A DNA stretch of 64,000 nt from Eubacteriales bacterium. Its GTDB lineage: Bacteria > Bacillota > Clostridia > Oscillospirales > CAG-272. The stretch lies in contig JAZPXL010000005.1 of NCBI GenBank assembly GCA_045543615.1, positions 132,436 to 196,435 of the forward strand, given 5' to 3'. Positions 26,508 through 36,045 of the stretch are shown here, piece by piece. Below the pieces are notes generated by a model that ran no database searches, was not told the origin of the DNA, and saw only the letters and a list, made by a program, of their open reading frames with translations. Position 1 is the first letter of the stretch. Every line of letters starts with the position of its first letter. The translations under genes and the position numbers were made by a program.

Positions 26508-28988
26508 TTATGCTTTTTTGAGCTTTGCATACGAGCCCATCAGTTTCTTTGTTCCGACATCGTCGAACACAACCTCATAGAGCATATCCGATCCCATAGG
26601 CTTTGCACTGAGCACATCGCCCTCACCAAAGGTGGCGTGTCTTACTCTGTCGCCCGGCTCAAATATCTCGCTCGGCGTTTTCTGAGTGGTGGATGTAGAC
26701 GCTTTGCTTGCAGGTCTTGTCATAGAATAGCCCACGCTTGTGGGGCGCGTTCCCTCTACTGAAGCTATGTGTGCGCCTTGATTGGAAACAGGACGTGATG
26801 AATACGTATTTGATGAGAAATATGTTCTTCCCGACGGCGAGAGTGATTGATAAACAGGGACAGTAAACTCTCCGTCATCCGATGAATAGAGTTTTTTGTC
26901 AACAAGCGCATCGGGTATGTCCTCAATGAAGCGAGAGATTGGATTGTAGCTTGTCCGTCCGTAAAGCATTCTCTGCCTTGCGCAAAGCAGATAAAGCTCC
27001 CTCTTCGCTCTCGTTATCGCAACATAAGCAAGCCGTCTTTCCTCCTCAAGCTCTCTTGTGTCAGAGAGGCTCTGCACTCCGGGGAATATTCCCTCCTCAA
27101 GACCGGGGATTATGGCAACGGGGAACTCAAGTCCCTTTGCGCTATGAATAGTCATAAGCACAACTGCGTCTGCGCTCTCGTCAAACCTGTCAACGTCAGC
27201 AACAAGTGCCGTCTCTTCAAGGAAGCCCGTCAGCGTCGGCTCTTCGTTTGCCTTCATATATTCAATAACGCTCGATGTAAACTCATCGACGTTATCAAGT
27301 CTGTCCTTCTCTTCCTCGCCACCGTCAATGAGCATCTGCCTGTATCCACTTCTCTCAAGTACGTGACCGACAAATGCGTCAAGTGGGCAACCGTCATCAA
27401 GCATTCGCCGCAGATCCTCAATCATTGACGTGAAGTTTATAAGCAGAACAGCTGCTCTGGAGAGCGCAACATATCTGTTTGCGTTGCGCATAACCTCAAA
27501 CATCGAGATGCCCTCTTCACTTGCAATAGCCGCCACGGCATTGAGCGTGACCTCGCCTATCTTTCTGCGAGGCTCGTTGATTATTCGCTTAAGTCTTATG
27601 TCATCATCTGTGTTGTTAATGAGCTGGAGGTAAGCAACAACATCACGAATTTCCTTTCGGTCTGCAAATCGCACTCCACCGTAAATTCTGTACGGTATAG
27701 CACTTTTTGCAAATGTACGCTCTATTGTGCTTGATTGAGCATTTACACGGTAGAGGACGGCGAAATCACGGTAGCTGTGTTTCTTTGCGGCAACAGCACC
27801 GAGAATAATGTCAGCAACTCTCTTTGCCTCAGCCTTCTCGTCAAAAAGCTGTTCAAGCTGAATATTTCGCCCTCCCTCGCTGTTCGTCCAAAGCACCTTT
27901 TTGCGTCTCTCGGAGTTCTTGCTAATGACGGCATTTGCGGCGTCAAGTATGGTCTTGGTTGAGCGATAATTCTGCTCAAGCTTGACTATCTTAGCTGAGG
28001 GATATGTCTTGTCAAAGCTCAGGATATTTTCGATGGTTGCGCCACGAAAACGGTAAATACTCTGGTCATCATCACCAACTACCATAATATTTCCCCACTC
28101 CGACGCAAGAAGCGAGCACAGACGGAACTGTGCGTGGTTTGTGTCCTGATACTCGTCAACGCAGATATATTTAAATCTGCCTGCGTAGTATTGTCTGACC
28201 TCCTCGTCCTCTTCAAGAAGACGGACAGTTTGCATTATTATATCATCAAAGTCGAGTGCGTTTGATGCAAAAAGCCTCGCCTGATATTCAGCATATATCT
28301 TTGCATAAACCTTCTCACGAAAGCCTGCTTTCGACTCACGAAGATATTCATCGGGGCCGAGAAGCTTTTCTTTGGCACGGCTTATCTCACCTGCCACCTG
28401 CTTTACGGTAAAGCTCTTCTCGTCGATATTCATTTCCTTCATTATCGACACGAGAAGCTTTTTTGTGTCATCGGTATCGTATATGGTTGCGTTGTTACGA
28501 TAACCGAGCCTCTGTCCGTATTTACGGATAATTCGCATACAGATAGCGTGGAATGTGCCTGCCCAGATGCTCTTTGAGATCTCCTCATCGTCGAATATAC
28601 GACCGAGTCGCTCGATCATCTCCTTTGCAGCCTTATTGGTAAAGGTAATGGCAAGGATATTCCACGGTGGGCAAGGGGAGGTGATAAACTCGTCAAGTAT
28701 CGGTGAGATGTACTCGGACGGGTAGCTTAAAGCCTCCTCAAGTGCCGCAACCGTAAGCTCGGAGAGATCTTTTGGGGGAGTCTCGCTGTAATATGCGTTT
28801 CCGTATTTAATAATTTGCGCTATTCTGCGTACAAGCACTGTGGTCTTTCCACTTCCTGCACCGGCTATGACAAGCAGAGGGCCTTCTGTTGTGACAACAG
28901 CCTCCAATTGCCTTTCGTTGAGATCGCTCATAGCCTTTTTGAATAACGCTCTCTTTGCTATTATGTATCGTTCTGTTAATCTATCCAT
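26508..28988 (-). CDS. pcrA: ATP-dependent DNA helicase PcrA/UvrD
   Basis: 826 aa. Walker A AGAGSGKTTVLV and motif II VDEYQDTNHAQ. C-terminal FGEGDVLS...VVFDDVGTKKL tudor-like tail. Confidence 0.93.
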   Translation of the reverse strand: MDRLTERYIIAKRALFKKAMSDLNERQLEAVVTTEGPLLVIAGAGSGKTTVLVRRIAQIIKYGNAYYSETPPKDLSELTVAALEEALSYPSEYISPILDEFITSPCPPWNILAITFTNKAAKEMIERLGRIFDDEEISKSIWAGTFHAICMRIIRKYGQRLGYRNNATIYDTDDTKKLLVSIMKEMNIDEKSFTVKQVAGEISRAKEKLLGPDEYLRESKAGFREKVYAKIYAEYQARLFASNALDFDDIIMQTVRLLEEDEEVRQYYAGRFKYICVDEYQDTNHAQFRLCSLLASEWGNIMVVGDDDQSIYRFRGATIENILSFDKTYPSAKIVKLEQNYRSTKTILDAANAVISKNSERRKKVLWTNSEGGRNIQLEQLFDEKAEAKRVADIILGAVAAKKHSYRDFAVLYRVNAQSSTIERTFAKSAIPYRIYGGVRFADRKEIRDVVAYLQLINNTDDDIRLKRIINEPRRKIGEVTLNAVAAIASEEGISMFEVMRNANRYVALSRAAVLLINFTSMIEDLRRMLDDGCPLDAFVGHVLERSGYRQMLIDGGEEEKDRLDNVDEFTSSVIEYMKANEEPTLTGFLEETALVADVDRFDESADAVVLMTIHSAKGLEFPVAIIPGLEEGIFPGVQSLSDTRELEEERRLAYVAITRAKRELYLLCARQRMLYGRTSYNPISRFIEDIPDALVDKKLYSSDDGEFTVPVYQSLSPSGRTYFSSNTYSSRPVSNQGAHIASVEGTRPTSVGYSMTRPASKASTSTTQKTPSEIFEPGDRVRHATFGEGDVLSAKPMGSDMLYEVVFDDVGTKKLMGSYAKLKKA

Positions 28989-29012
28989 TTTCTGTCCTTA
29001 CAGTCAAGAGTC

Positions 29013-29038
29013 GGGGATGCTCCGAGAGGAGCATCCCC
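29013..29038 (-). promoter_or_regulatory. Perfect 11-bp stem-loop between the small N/Q-rich ORF and pcrA, with no U tract
   Basis: GGGGATGCTCC (29013-29023), GAGA loop, GGAGCATCCCC (29028-29038). It lies 12 nt after the small-ORF stop and 25 nt before the pcrA ATG. Confidence 0.5.
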
Positions 29039-29049
29039 ATCGCAGACTC

Positions 29050-29202
29050 TTATCTTTCGCATTCCCTCTCGTTTGAGGCACGGCCCTGATTTTTGCCCTC
29101 GCCTGCATTCTGAGCTCCGGTTCTGCTTTGATTTTGATTCTGATTCTGATTTTGGTTTCGGTTCTGATTCTTGTTCTGATTTTTGTTCTGCTGATTGTTC
29201 AT
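29050..29202 (-). CDS. Unlisted small ORF: 50-aa Asn/Gln-rich basic peptide
   Basis: Hand translation gives MNNQQNKNQNKNQNRNQNQNQNQNQSRTGAQNAGEGKNQGRASNERECER, with TAA at 29052-29050. AGGAG lies 5 nt upstream of ATG 29202. It is below the 60-aa track cutoff. Confidence 0.5.
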   Translation of the reverse strand: MNNQQNKNQNKNQNRNQNQNQNQNQSRTGAQNAGEGKNQGRASNERECER

Positions 29203-29273
29203 AATAACTCCTGTGCGGTATAATTTTTCTCTCTCACCGCAATAGGATTATTTCCCACAGAGAACGTGCTTAT

Positions 29274-30701
29274 TCAATCAAGCATATATCTTGACTCAAC
29301 CTCTGTATTTATAGCACCCGACATACCTACCGCAGATGCAAACGCAACAAGTGAGAGCGCAAACGCCACCATCCACCATACCTGACCTATCATTTCGTTT
29401 GGGAAAGTGATCATAAGCTCATAAAGCCCACTACCTATTGCAGACAACACCGAAAGCGAAAGGCATATCCACACCTTTATATCAAGCTCACGGTGCAGAG
29501 CGTGGAGTCTCGTTTTTATGTATTGCTCGTCCATAGTCTTTGGAACATATCCACAGTGCGCACGAATGACTACCCTTATAGATAGCAGTGCCACTACCAC
29601 AAGTGCGGCAAAGAGCAGATTTTCAATAACACGCACAGGGTACATACGGAGGAACTCTGCAAAAACATTCGGGTTTTTCCAGACAAGCCCCTCGGAGTTT
29701 TCGTATCTGAAATTGTACGCCATTGAAGTACCGATAACCGTAAAAGCTCCGTAAACAACACTCAAAACTGTTCCGACGATATACCTCTTTGTGTAAGTCT
29801 TAAGCCTCAAAAAGAGGAATAGAAAAGCCACGGCACAGAGCACGTCAGGGATCGCGTTTGCTCTGTCGACATAGAAATCTGCCGATAAAAGCATTCCTAC
29901 ACAAAGAATGATGAGCAGAAACGCAATATCTCTTGTGACAAAAAGTCCCGTCTTTGGCAGAACCTCTGCTCTGTATTTTTCTCTTGCCGTATCGAAAAAT
30001 GCAACGTCACGCCTCAAAGCTATAATATATCGAAGCATTCGCACAAGCCATAGTGTGCCAAGCACAAAGCCGAGCATCACGGAAAGTGTACGGAACAGAC
30101 CTAAAAATCCATACCAATTAAATGTTGTATCATCATAAGTATGATTTGAGAGCACGGCAAATTCACAAACATTTGCAAGCACAGCCTTTGCTATAAGGAA
30201 AAAGATCGTGTAATCCTTAAGCGAGGTTGTGACGTTACCGAGATGTGACGCACGGGTGCCTCTTGCTTTCTTTGAAAATGTTGTCTTCAGCGGCACCTCA
30301 CCACCTGCGCTCTGTGCGTGATAAACAAAGCCCTCGAAAAGTGAAATCCAGGCCGGAATACCGTATATCAGCTCTACAACGGAGAAACAGAACGAGACGA
30401 GCAAAAACATCATTTCTCTCTCGTCATTAGCCCCAATTCCTCCGAAAATCCAAAACAGAGAGGCAATCTTTATTATGCTTACGGGAACAAGTACCCGAAA
30501 CTTTTTAAAAGCCGTTTCAAAATGGGACGATATATCCCTGAAATAACGCAAGCTCAAAGTCAGAATGATATAAGCCACAGCATCGGGCAAAACATCCACA
30601 AGTGCGATATTCTGATCAAACAGGAAAAATGGCGCGAGCAAAATCAAGCCCATTCCAAGAAATTTTCCAAGCTTCTTATCCTTCAGCTTTTCGATATTCA
30701 T
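29274..30701 (-). CDS. Hypothetical polytopic membrane protein (about 12 TM) with a possible internal duplication
   Basis: 475 aa with GGGAGG RBS. Repeated motif VDVLPDAVAYIILTLSLRYFRD / IPDVLCAVAFLFLFLRLKTY. No family recognised. Confidence 0.7.
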   Translation of the reverse strand: MNIEKLKDKKLGKFLGMGLILLAPFFLFDQNIALVDVLPDAVAYIILTLSLRYFRDISSHFETAFKKFRVLVPVSIIKIASLFWIFGGIGANDEREMMFLLVSFCFSVVELIYGIPAWISLFEGFVYHAQSAGGEVPLKTTFSKKARGTRASHLGNVTTSLKDYTIFFLIAKAVLANVCEFAVLSNHTYDDTTFNWYGFLGLFRTLSVMLGFVLGTLWLVRMLRYIIALRRDVAFFDTAREKYRAEVLPKTGLFVTRDIAFLLIILCVGMLLSADFYVDRANAIPDVLCAVAFLFLFLRLKTYTKRYIVGTVLSVVYGAFTVIGTSMAYNFRYENSEGLVWKNPNVFAEFLRMYPVRVIENLLFAALVVVALLSIRVVIRAHCGYVPKTMDEQYIKTRLHALHRELDIKVWICLSLSVLSAIGSGLYELMITFPNEMIGQVWWMVAFALSLVAFASAVGMSGAINTEVESRYMLD

Positions 30702-30732
30702 TTTGCACCTCCCGTATTTTTGTCAGCTCTCA

Positions 30733-31416
30733 TCATTTTTTTGATGAGCGTTTTTTGCTGTTCTTTTTCTTTTTCTTCTCTTCTGCCTGCATCGCTGCCC
30801 TCTCGGCAGCCTCACGTTCTCTTTTTTCAAGAGCGTCGCCTATTTTATTTACGAACGGAATGCGAGAACGACGTCTCGGCATATCCTCGTCTCCCTCAGG
30901 GCATATTCTCATATAGCAACCGAAAAGAAGCGCAATTACCATAACCGTCCAAACGATCTGCACTGCAAATACAATATCAGCCGATACTATGCCGAATACA
31001 GAGAGGACATAGAGAACTCCGCCAAGCACTACGGCACAAAGATCGGTCACAGCAGACACCTTACGATCAGATAGATCAACGTGCCCGAATGCAAAGAATG
31101 TGGACAGCAAAAGGAAAATATTAAACAAATATACACCACCGTCACGGATGTATCTCACAACCGTCATTATCGTGCAGAGGAGCGCATTCTCCGGCGCAAG
31201 CAGGAGGGATATATCACATACGCCCTCGGCTAAAGCGAGCACAAACAGGACACAGGTGGTAATAAATGACAGCATATAGCTTGGGAAATAGTCCCTCAGC
31301 TTATATAGTCCTATACCCATCAGAACACATCCGACAAGGCGAATTGCCCAACCGTAAAGCGTGATGGAAAGCAAGGAGTAGGCGATGTATCCAATGACTA
31401 AAAGTCCGTAGCCCAT
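30733..31416 (-). CDS. Hypothetical polytopic membrane protein with a Lys-rich C-terminal tail
   Basis: Start placed at the ATG overlapping the secA stop (TGATG at 31418-31414) with GGAGGAAGAGG upstream. The track start at 31443 would overlap secA by 28 nt. The tail reads EKREREAAERAAMQAEEKKKKKNSKKRSSKK. Confidence 0.65.
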   Translation of the reverse strand: MGYGLLVIGYIAYSLLSITLYGWAIRLVGCVLMGIGLYKLRDYFPSYMLSFITTCVLFVLALAEGVCDISLLLAPENALLCTIMTVVRYIRDGGVYLFNIFLLLSTFFAFGHVDLSDRKVSAVTDLCAVVLGGVLYVLSVFGIVSADIVFAVQIVWTVMVIALLFGCYMRICPEGDEDMPRRRSRIPFVNKIGDALEKREREAAERAAMQAEEKKKKKNSKKRSSKK

Positions 31417-34190
31417 CAGCCTCTTCCTCCGGCCCCACAGCACTTCTTGTATTTCTTACCACTACCACAGGGACAGGGATCGTTAGGACCTACCTTTTCG
31501 CTTCTTGCAGGTGTGTTTCCCGAAGGTCTTGCCCCTCTGCGCACAGCTGCACCATCACGGCCGAGCTGTATATCACGCAGTTGCTCGGGGGTTACCACAA
31601 CAACCTCAGGCAGCTTTCTTGTGAGTATTTCACGGACAGTCGACTGTCTTATCTCGTTGATAAGATCAGCAAACATACTTGAGCCGATGATCTTATATTC
31701 CTTGAGTGGATCACGCTGTGCATACGCCTGAAGCATTACAGTCTCCTTGAGCGCATCCATAGCATCGATATGGTCAAGCCATCTCTCGTCCATATTGTGA
31801 AGGAGAACGGAACGCTCAAACATTCTCATTCTCGTCTCGTCTTCTGCGGCACGCGCGTGATAGAGTGCTATTGCATTTGCAGAGATGATCTCCTTGAGCT
31901 TACCTGCAACCTTTTCTGCGCTCTCGCCTGCTGCAAAGTCAAGCTCGCCCTCGCTGCAGCCCCATCCAAGATACTTGCGTTCAAGTGCCTCGACGTCAAT
32001 TTCACTGTACCTTGCGCCCTCAAGCGTGATTACAGCCTCCTCGATCGAGTCCTCAATAGTCGATTCGATCATATGAAGGATCTTTGCCGAAATATCGCCC
32101 TCTGCTATAATCTCGTTTCGGAGAGAATAGATCTGCTTTCTCTGCTCGTTTAAGATATCGTCATACTGAAGGACGTTCTTTCTCATCTTGAAGTTGTTCG
32201 ACTCAACACGCTTCTGCGCCTTTTCCATTACGTCGGACAGAATGCGTGTATTCTGCGAAAGGTCGCCGTCGCTGTCACGCAGCAGGCTCTGTGACATTGC
32301 CGAAAACCTCTTCATTCTCTCGTCTCCGAACAGACGCATAATATCGTCCTGGAGTGAGATATAGAAGGTTGATTCACCGGGGTCGCCCTGACGTCCTGCA
32401 CGTCCACGGAGCTGGTTGTCAATTCGTCTCGATTCGTGTCTCTCAGAGCCGATGATGTAAAGTCCACCCGCCGCTATAACTGCCTGACGGTCAGGCTCTA
32501 TCTCAGCCTTGTATTTCTCAAAGTAAATCTTAAATGTATTTCTTGCATTTCTTATGTCGGGGTTGTCCGTGTAAGCCGAGCCCGTTGCCGCCGCTATAAG
32601 CTCAGGACGAATTCCAAGTCTCGTCATCTCAGCCTTTGCCATATGCTCGGGGTTACCACCAAGCATAATATCAGTTCCTCGGCCTGCCATATTGGTTGCA
32701 AGCGTTACTCTGCCGGGGCGTCCTGCCTCTGCAATAATCTCAGCCTCGTGCTCGTGGTTCTTTGCGTTGAGCATATTGAACCTGATGCCCGCCGCCTTCA
32801 GAAGCTTTGCAAGCACCTCGGACTTTTCGACCGACGGTGTGCCGATAAGAACGGGCTGTCCTCTCTCAATACACTCACGCACCTGCTTGATAATTGCCGC
32901 ATACTTCGACTTCTCGTCAACAAACACACGGTCGGGATTGTCACGGCGAATCATCGGTCTGTTTGTCGGCACTTCAACAACATCAAGTCCGTAAATCTCA
33001 CGGAACTCCTCTTCCTCTGTAAGCGCAGTACCCGTCATTCCCGAGAGCTTTGTATACATACGGAAATAGTTCTGAATGGTTACAGTTGCACTTACTCTCG
33101 ACTCGCCCTTAACGCTGACACGCTCCTTTGCCTCAATCGCCTGATGCAAGCCGTCCTGATAACGACGTCCCTGCATAAGACGGCCTGTGTGAGGGTCAAC
33201 GATAATGACCTCTCCGTTTACAACAACATAGTCAACCTCCTTCTTCTTTACGCCCCAGGCGTGAACGGATTGGTTGATATTATGTGCAATAACTGCATTT
33301 TCGGGATCGTTAAGGTTTTCAATGCCAAACGCCTGCTCTACCTTCTTAATTCCACGAGGTGTAAGAACTGCGCTTCCTCTCTTCTCGTCAACGATATAGT
33401 CGCAGTTTTCGTCATCGGTCTCGGATTTGTCATCCATCTCCTTGACGACCTTACCTCTCATCTTTCGGACAACTGCATCGCACTTTTCGTAAATATCCGA
33501 GGTCTTGTCTCCAACGCCCGAAATGATAAGGGGCGTTCTTGCCTCGTCAATAAGTATCGAGTCAACCTCGTCTATGATACAGAAATTATGTCCTCTCTGC
33601 AAAAGCTGTGCCTTTGTTCTTGCAAGGTTATCACGCAGATAGTCAAAGCCAAACTCAGTATTTGTACCGTATGTGATATCTGCGGCATACTGCGCTCTCT
33701 TCTCTGCAGGTGACATATTTTTGAGCACAACGCCCGTAACAAGTCCGAGGTATTCATAAATTCTGCCCATCTCACGTGCATCACGGAGAGCCAGATAATC
33801 GTTAACCGTTACGATATGCACTCCCTTGCCACTGAGGGCGTTAAGATATGCAGGCATCGTCGCAACGAGAGTTTTACCCTCACCGGTCTTCATTTCTGCA
33901 ATTCTACCCTGATGGAGCAATATACCACCGAGTATCTGAACGTGGAACGGACGCTTGCCGAGAATTCTGTCTGCCACCTCACGAACTGCCGCAAAGGCGT
34001 CGGGCAGAATATCATCAAGAGTCTCGCCATCCGTAAGTCTCTGTCTGAGGACAACACTTGTAGAGCGAAGCTCATCTTCGCTCATCTGCTTATATTTATC
34101 TGCAAGTGCCTCAACGGCATCTGCTATGGGCTTGATCTTCTTTATCTGCTTTTTGCTGTAATCGCCAAAAATCAAAGTTTCAAGTTTCAT
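31416..34190 (-). CDS. secA: Preprotein translocase ATPase SecA
   Basis: 924 aa. MKTGEGKTLVA and DEVDSILIDEARTPLIIS. C-terminal zinc motif CPCGSGKKYKKCCG. Confidence 0.97.
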   Translation of the reverse strand: MKLETLIFGDYSKKQIKKIKPIADAVEALADKYKQMSEDELRSTSVVLRQRLTDGETLDDILPDAFAAVREVADRILGKRPFHVQILGGILLHQGRIAEMKTGEGKTLVATMPAYLNALSGKGVHIVTVNDYLALRDAREMGRIYEYLGLVTGVVLKNMSPAEKRAQYAADITYGTNTEFGFDYLRDNLARTKAQLLQRGHNFCIIDEVDSILIDEARTPLIISGVGDKTSDIYEKCDAVVRKMRGKVVKEMDDKSETDDENCDYIVDEKRGSAVLTPRGIKKVEQAFGIENLNDPENAVIAHNINQSVHAWGVKKKEVDYVVVNGEVIIVDPHTGRLMQGRRYQDGLHQAIEAKERVSVKGESRVSATVTIQNYFRMYTKLSGMTGTALTEEEEFREIYGLDVVEVPTNRPMIRRDNPDRVFVDEKSKYAAIIKQVRECIERGQPVLIGTPSVEKSEVLAKLLKAAGIRFNMLNAKNHEHEAEIIAEAGRPGRVTLATNMAGRGTDIMLGGNPEHMAKAEMTRLGIRPELIAAATGSAYTDNPDIRNARNTFKIYFEKYKAEIEPDRQAVIAAGGLYIIGSERHESRRIDNQLRGRAGRQGDPGESTFYISLQDDIMRLFGDERMKRFSAMSQSLLRDSDGDLSQNTRILSDVMEKAQKRVESNNFKMRKNVLQYDDILNEQRKQIYSLRNEIIAEGDISAKILHMIESTIEDSIEEAVITLEGARYSEIDVEALERKYLGWGCSEGELDFAAGESAEKVAGKLKEIISANAIALYHARAAEDETRMRMFERSVLLHNMDERWLDHIDAMDALKETVMLQAYAQRDPLKEYKIIGSSMFADLINEIRQSTVREILTRKLPEVVVVTPEQLRDIQLGRDGAAVRRGARPSGNTPARSEKVGPNDPCPCGSGKKYKKCCGAGGRG

Positions 34191-34324
34191 TTTCGCACCT
34201 TTTCATAACTGAAATATAAATATTCATTTTATTATACAACATTTTAGATTAGATTACCATATACAATTGTAAATTTTTTAGCTTTAAGGTCAACTTTTAT
34301 TGACAAAACCCTCACACCCTCCAC

Positions 34325-34353
34325 TTGACAAACAAGAAAAGATGGATTACAAT
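34325..34353 (+). promoter_or_regulatory. Promoter for mnmA (TTGACA-17-TACAAT)
   Basis: TTGACA at 34325-34330 and TACAAT at 34348-34353. A second TTGACA lies about 25 nt upstream. Confidence 0.6.
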
Positions 34354-34390
34354 ATAAAATGCTAATACAAATGCAAACGGAGGTGGTAAT

Positions 34391-35431
34391 ATGGCAAGTG
34401 TTTTGCTCGGAATGAGTGGTGGAGTTGACAGCAGCGTTGCGGCGTACAGGCTTCTTGGCGACGGTCTTACTGTTTTCGGTATCACCTTCATTATGCACGA
34501 CTCGCACCTTGAGTGCGTAGAGGGCGCACGTGCCGTATGCGACGCTCTGGGAATTGAGCACAGCGTCCTTGACTTGCGAGGAGTGTTCACAAGAGAGGTC
34601 GTCGACCCCTTTGTTTTCGAATACGAGCACGGCAGAACTCCCAACCCCTGCATTCTATGCAACGCAAAAATCAAATTTCCCTATCTGTTGAGAGAAGCTG
34701 ACAGGCGTGGCATCGACTATATCGCCACAGGACATTACGCATCGGTTTCGGAAAGAGACGGGCACAAGCTTATTTCTGCCGCAACCGACATAAGCAAGGA
34801 TCAGAGCTATTTTCTCTATATGCTCGGTGAGGAAGTGCTGAGCCGTCTTCTGCTCCCACTTGCAGATATGACAAAAGCATCTCTTCGTGCGCTTGCAGAG
34901 TCCCTCTCTCTGCCATCAGCCGCATCCCCCGACAGCCAGGATGTCTGCTTTATTCCCGACGGTGACACCGGAGCTTTTGTAAGCTCCCGCCTTTCCGGTG
35001 AGGTAAAGACAGGCAATTTCATCACGACCGACGGCAAGATCCTCGGCACTCACCGTGGAATTTCTTCCTACACGATAGGTCAGCGCAAGGGACTTGGGGT
35101 TTCATACCTCCACCCTCTCTTTGTACAGAGCATCAACGCAGAAAGCGGAGATATAGTGCTTTGCAGTGGGAGCGAGCTTTACAGGCGCACGGTTTTTGCC
35201 AAGGACGCAAAATATTTTTCAGGCTCTCTGCCATCTACTCCCTTTAAGGCGTCCGTCCGTCTTCGCTATTCAAGGCATAGCGGCGAGGCACTCGTGACAA
35301 ATCTTGGAGGTGGAAGAGTCAAAATAGACTTCGACACGCCACAAAGAGCTCCAACACCGGGTCAAGCTGCCGTTTTCTTTAACGGTGAATTTCTGCTCGG
35401 TGGTGCAGTTATAGTCTCATCGGAAAATTAA
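34391..35431 (+). CDS. mnmA: tRNA 2-thiouridine(34) synthase MnmA
   Basis: 346 aa. PP-loop GMSGGVDSSVAAY. TPNPCILCN. GGAGG RBS. Confidence 0.93.
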   Translation: MASVLLGMSGGVDSSVAAYRLLGDGLTVFGITFIMHDSHLECVEGARAVCDALGIEHSVLDLRGVFTREVVDPFVFEYEHGRTPNPCILCNAKIKFPYLLREADRRGIDYIATGHYASVSERDGHKLISAATDISKDQSYFLYMLGEEVLSRLLLPLADMTKASLRALAESLSLPSAASPDSQDVCFIPDGDTGAFVSSRLSGEVKTGNFITTDGKILGTHRGISSYTIGQRKGLGVSYLHPLFVQSINAESGDIVLCSGSELYRRTVFAKDAKYFSGSLPSTPFKASVRLRYSRHSGEALVTNLGGGRVKIDFDTPQRAPTPGQAAVFFNGEFLLGGAVIVSSEN

Positions 35432-35437
35432 TAATGC

Positions 35438-35478
35438 AAAAAGCAGATGGCTGCTGTGGGCAGCCATCTGCTTTTTTT
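35438..35478. terminator. Bidirectional terminator
   Basis: GCAGATGGCTGC (35443-35454) pairs with GCAGCCATCTGC (35460-35471). A run before and T7 after. Confidence 0.85.
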
Positions 35479-35499
35479 GGTTAATTTAAGTTAAAGAAC

Positions 35500-35952
35500 T
35501 TAAGGCTGGGGAGTTACCTCAACTGTTGTGAAATTGATAACGATTGCGTCACCCTCGTTGAGTGTGGTAGCATCCATAGCGGCAGTCTGTGCTGTGCCAT
35601 TGAGAGACCAAGCGAACTTGTGAAGCGGGATCTTGCCGTTCTCAAGAGGCTCATCCTGGTACTCTTCAATCTTTGTTCCGTCATAGGTGAAGGAAATAAA
35701 AACGCCTGTTGTGTCTGTTTCGTATGTTGCGCCTCTTTCTTCACAAATAGCCTTTACAGCGTCAGTTACCGTTGTACCGGGAGCAACTGCAAAGTCCTCG
35801 CCGGTGCCAATAAATATATCGCCGTTGCTGTCATAAATTCTGACAGAAACCTTAATATCGGTTGAACCTGAATCATTGTAGCAAGAAGTGAGTCCGAAGC
35901 AAAGGAAAACTGCTACGAGAGCGAGTGCAACAATATTTCTGATCTTTTTCAT
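35500..35952 (-). CDS. Small lipoprotein, DUF4430-like (transcobalamin-like fold)
   Basis: 150 aa. Signal plus lipobox LCFGLTSC. GGAGG RBS. The family assignment is from memory of similar sequences and is weak. Confidence 0.6.
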   Translation of the reverse strand: MKKIRNIVALALVAVFLCFGLTSCYNDSGSTDIKVSVRIYDSNGDIFIGTGEDFAVAPGTTVTDAVKAICEERGATYETDTTGVFISFTYDGTKIEEYQDEPLENGKIPLHKFAWSLNGTAQTAAMDATTLNEGDAIVINFTTVEVTPQP

Positions 35953-36045
35953 TAGATTACCTCCAAAACCAATTTTTGAGTGATTTTATTATATACCAAC
36001 ATTTTTGATTTGTCAATACTTTATTCTCAATTTTCAAGCTCCAAG

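Noticed and set aside
29100-29200. Degenerate GATTCTGATTTTG repeats that first looked like a microsatellite or a mini CRISPR-like array
   Set aside because: The units are 6-12 bp and contiguous with no spacers. On the minus strand they read as AAC/AAT/CAG codons of a small ORF with an RBS. It is reported as a small CDS instead.
32436-33713. A 425-aa plus-strand ORF antisense to secA. Similar antisense ORFs occur at 10359-11528, 2432-3295, 18235-19062, 40988-41830, 61572-62432, 23025-23747 and 15059-15742.
   Set aside because: These are the same shadow-ORF effect. Each overlaps a confidently identified gene on the other strand, lacks an RBS and has a low-complexity composition.
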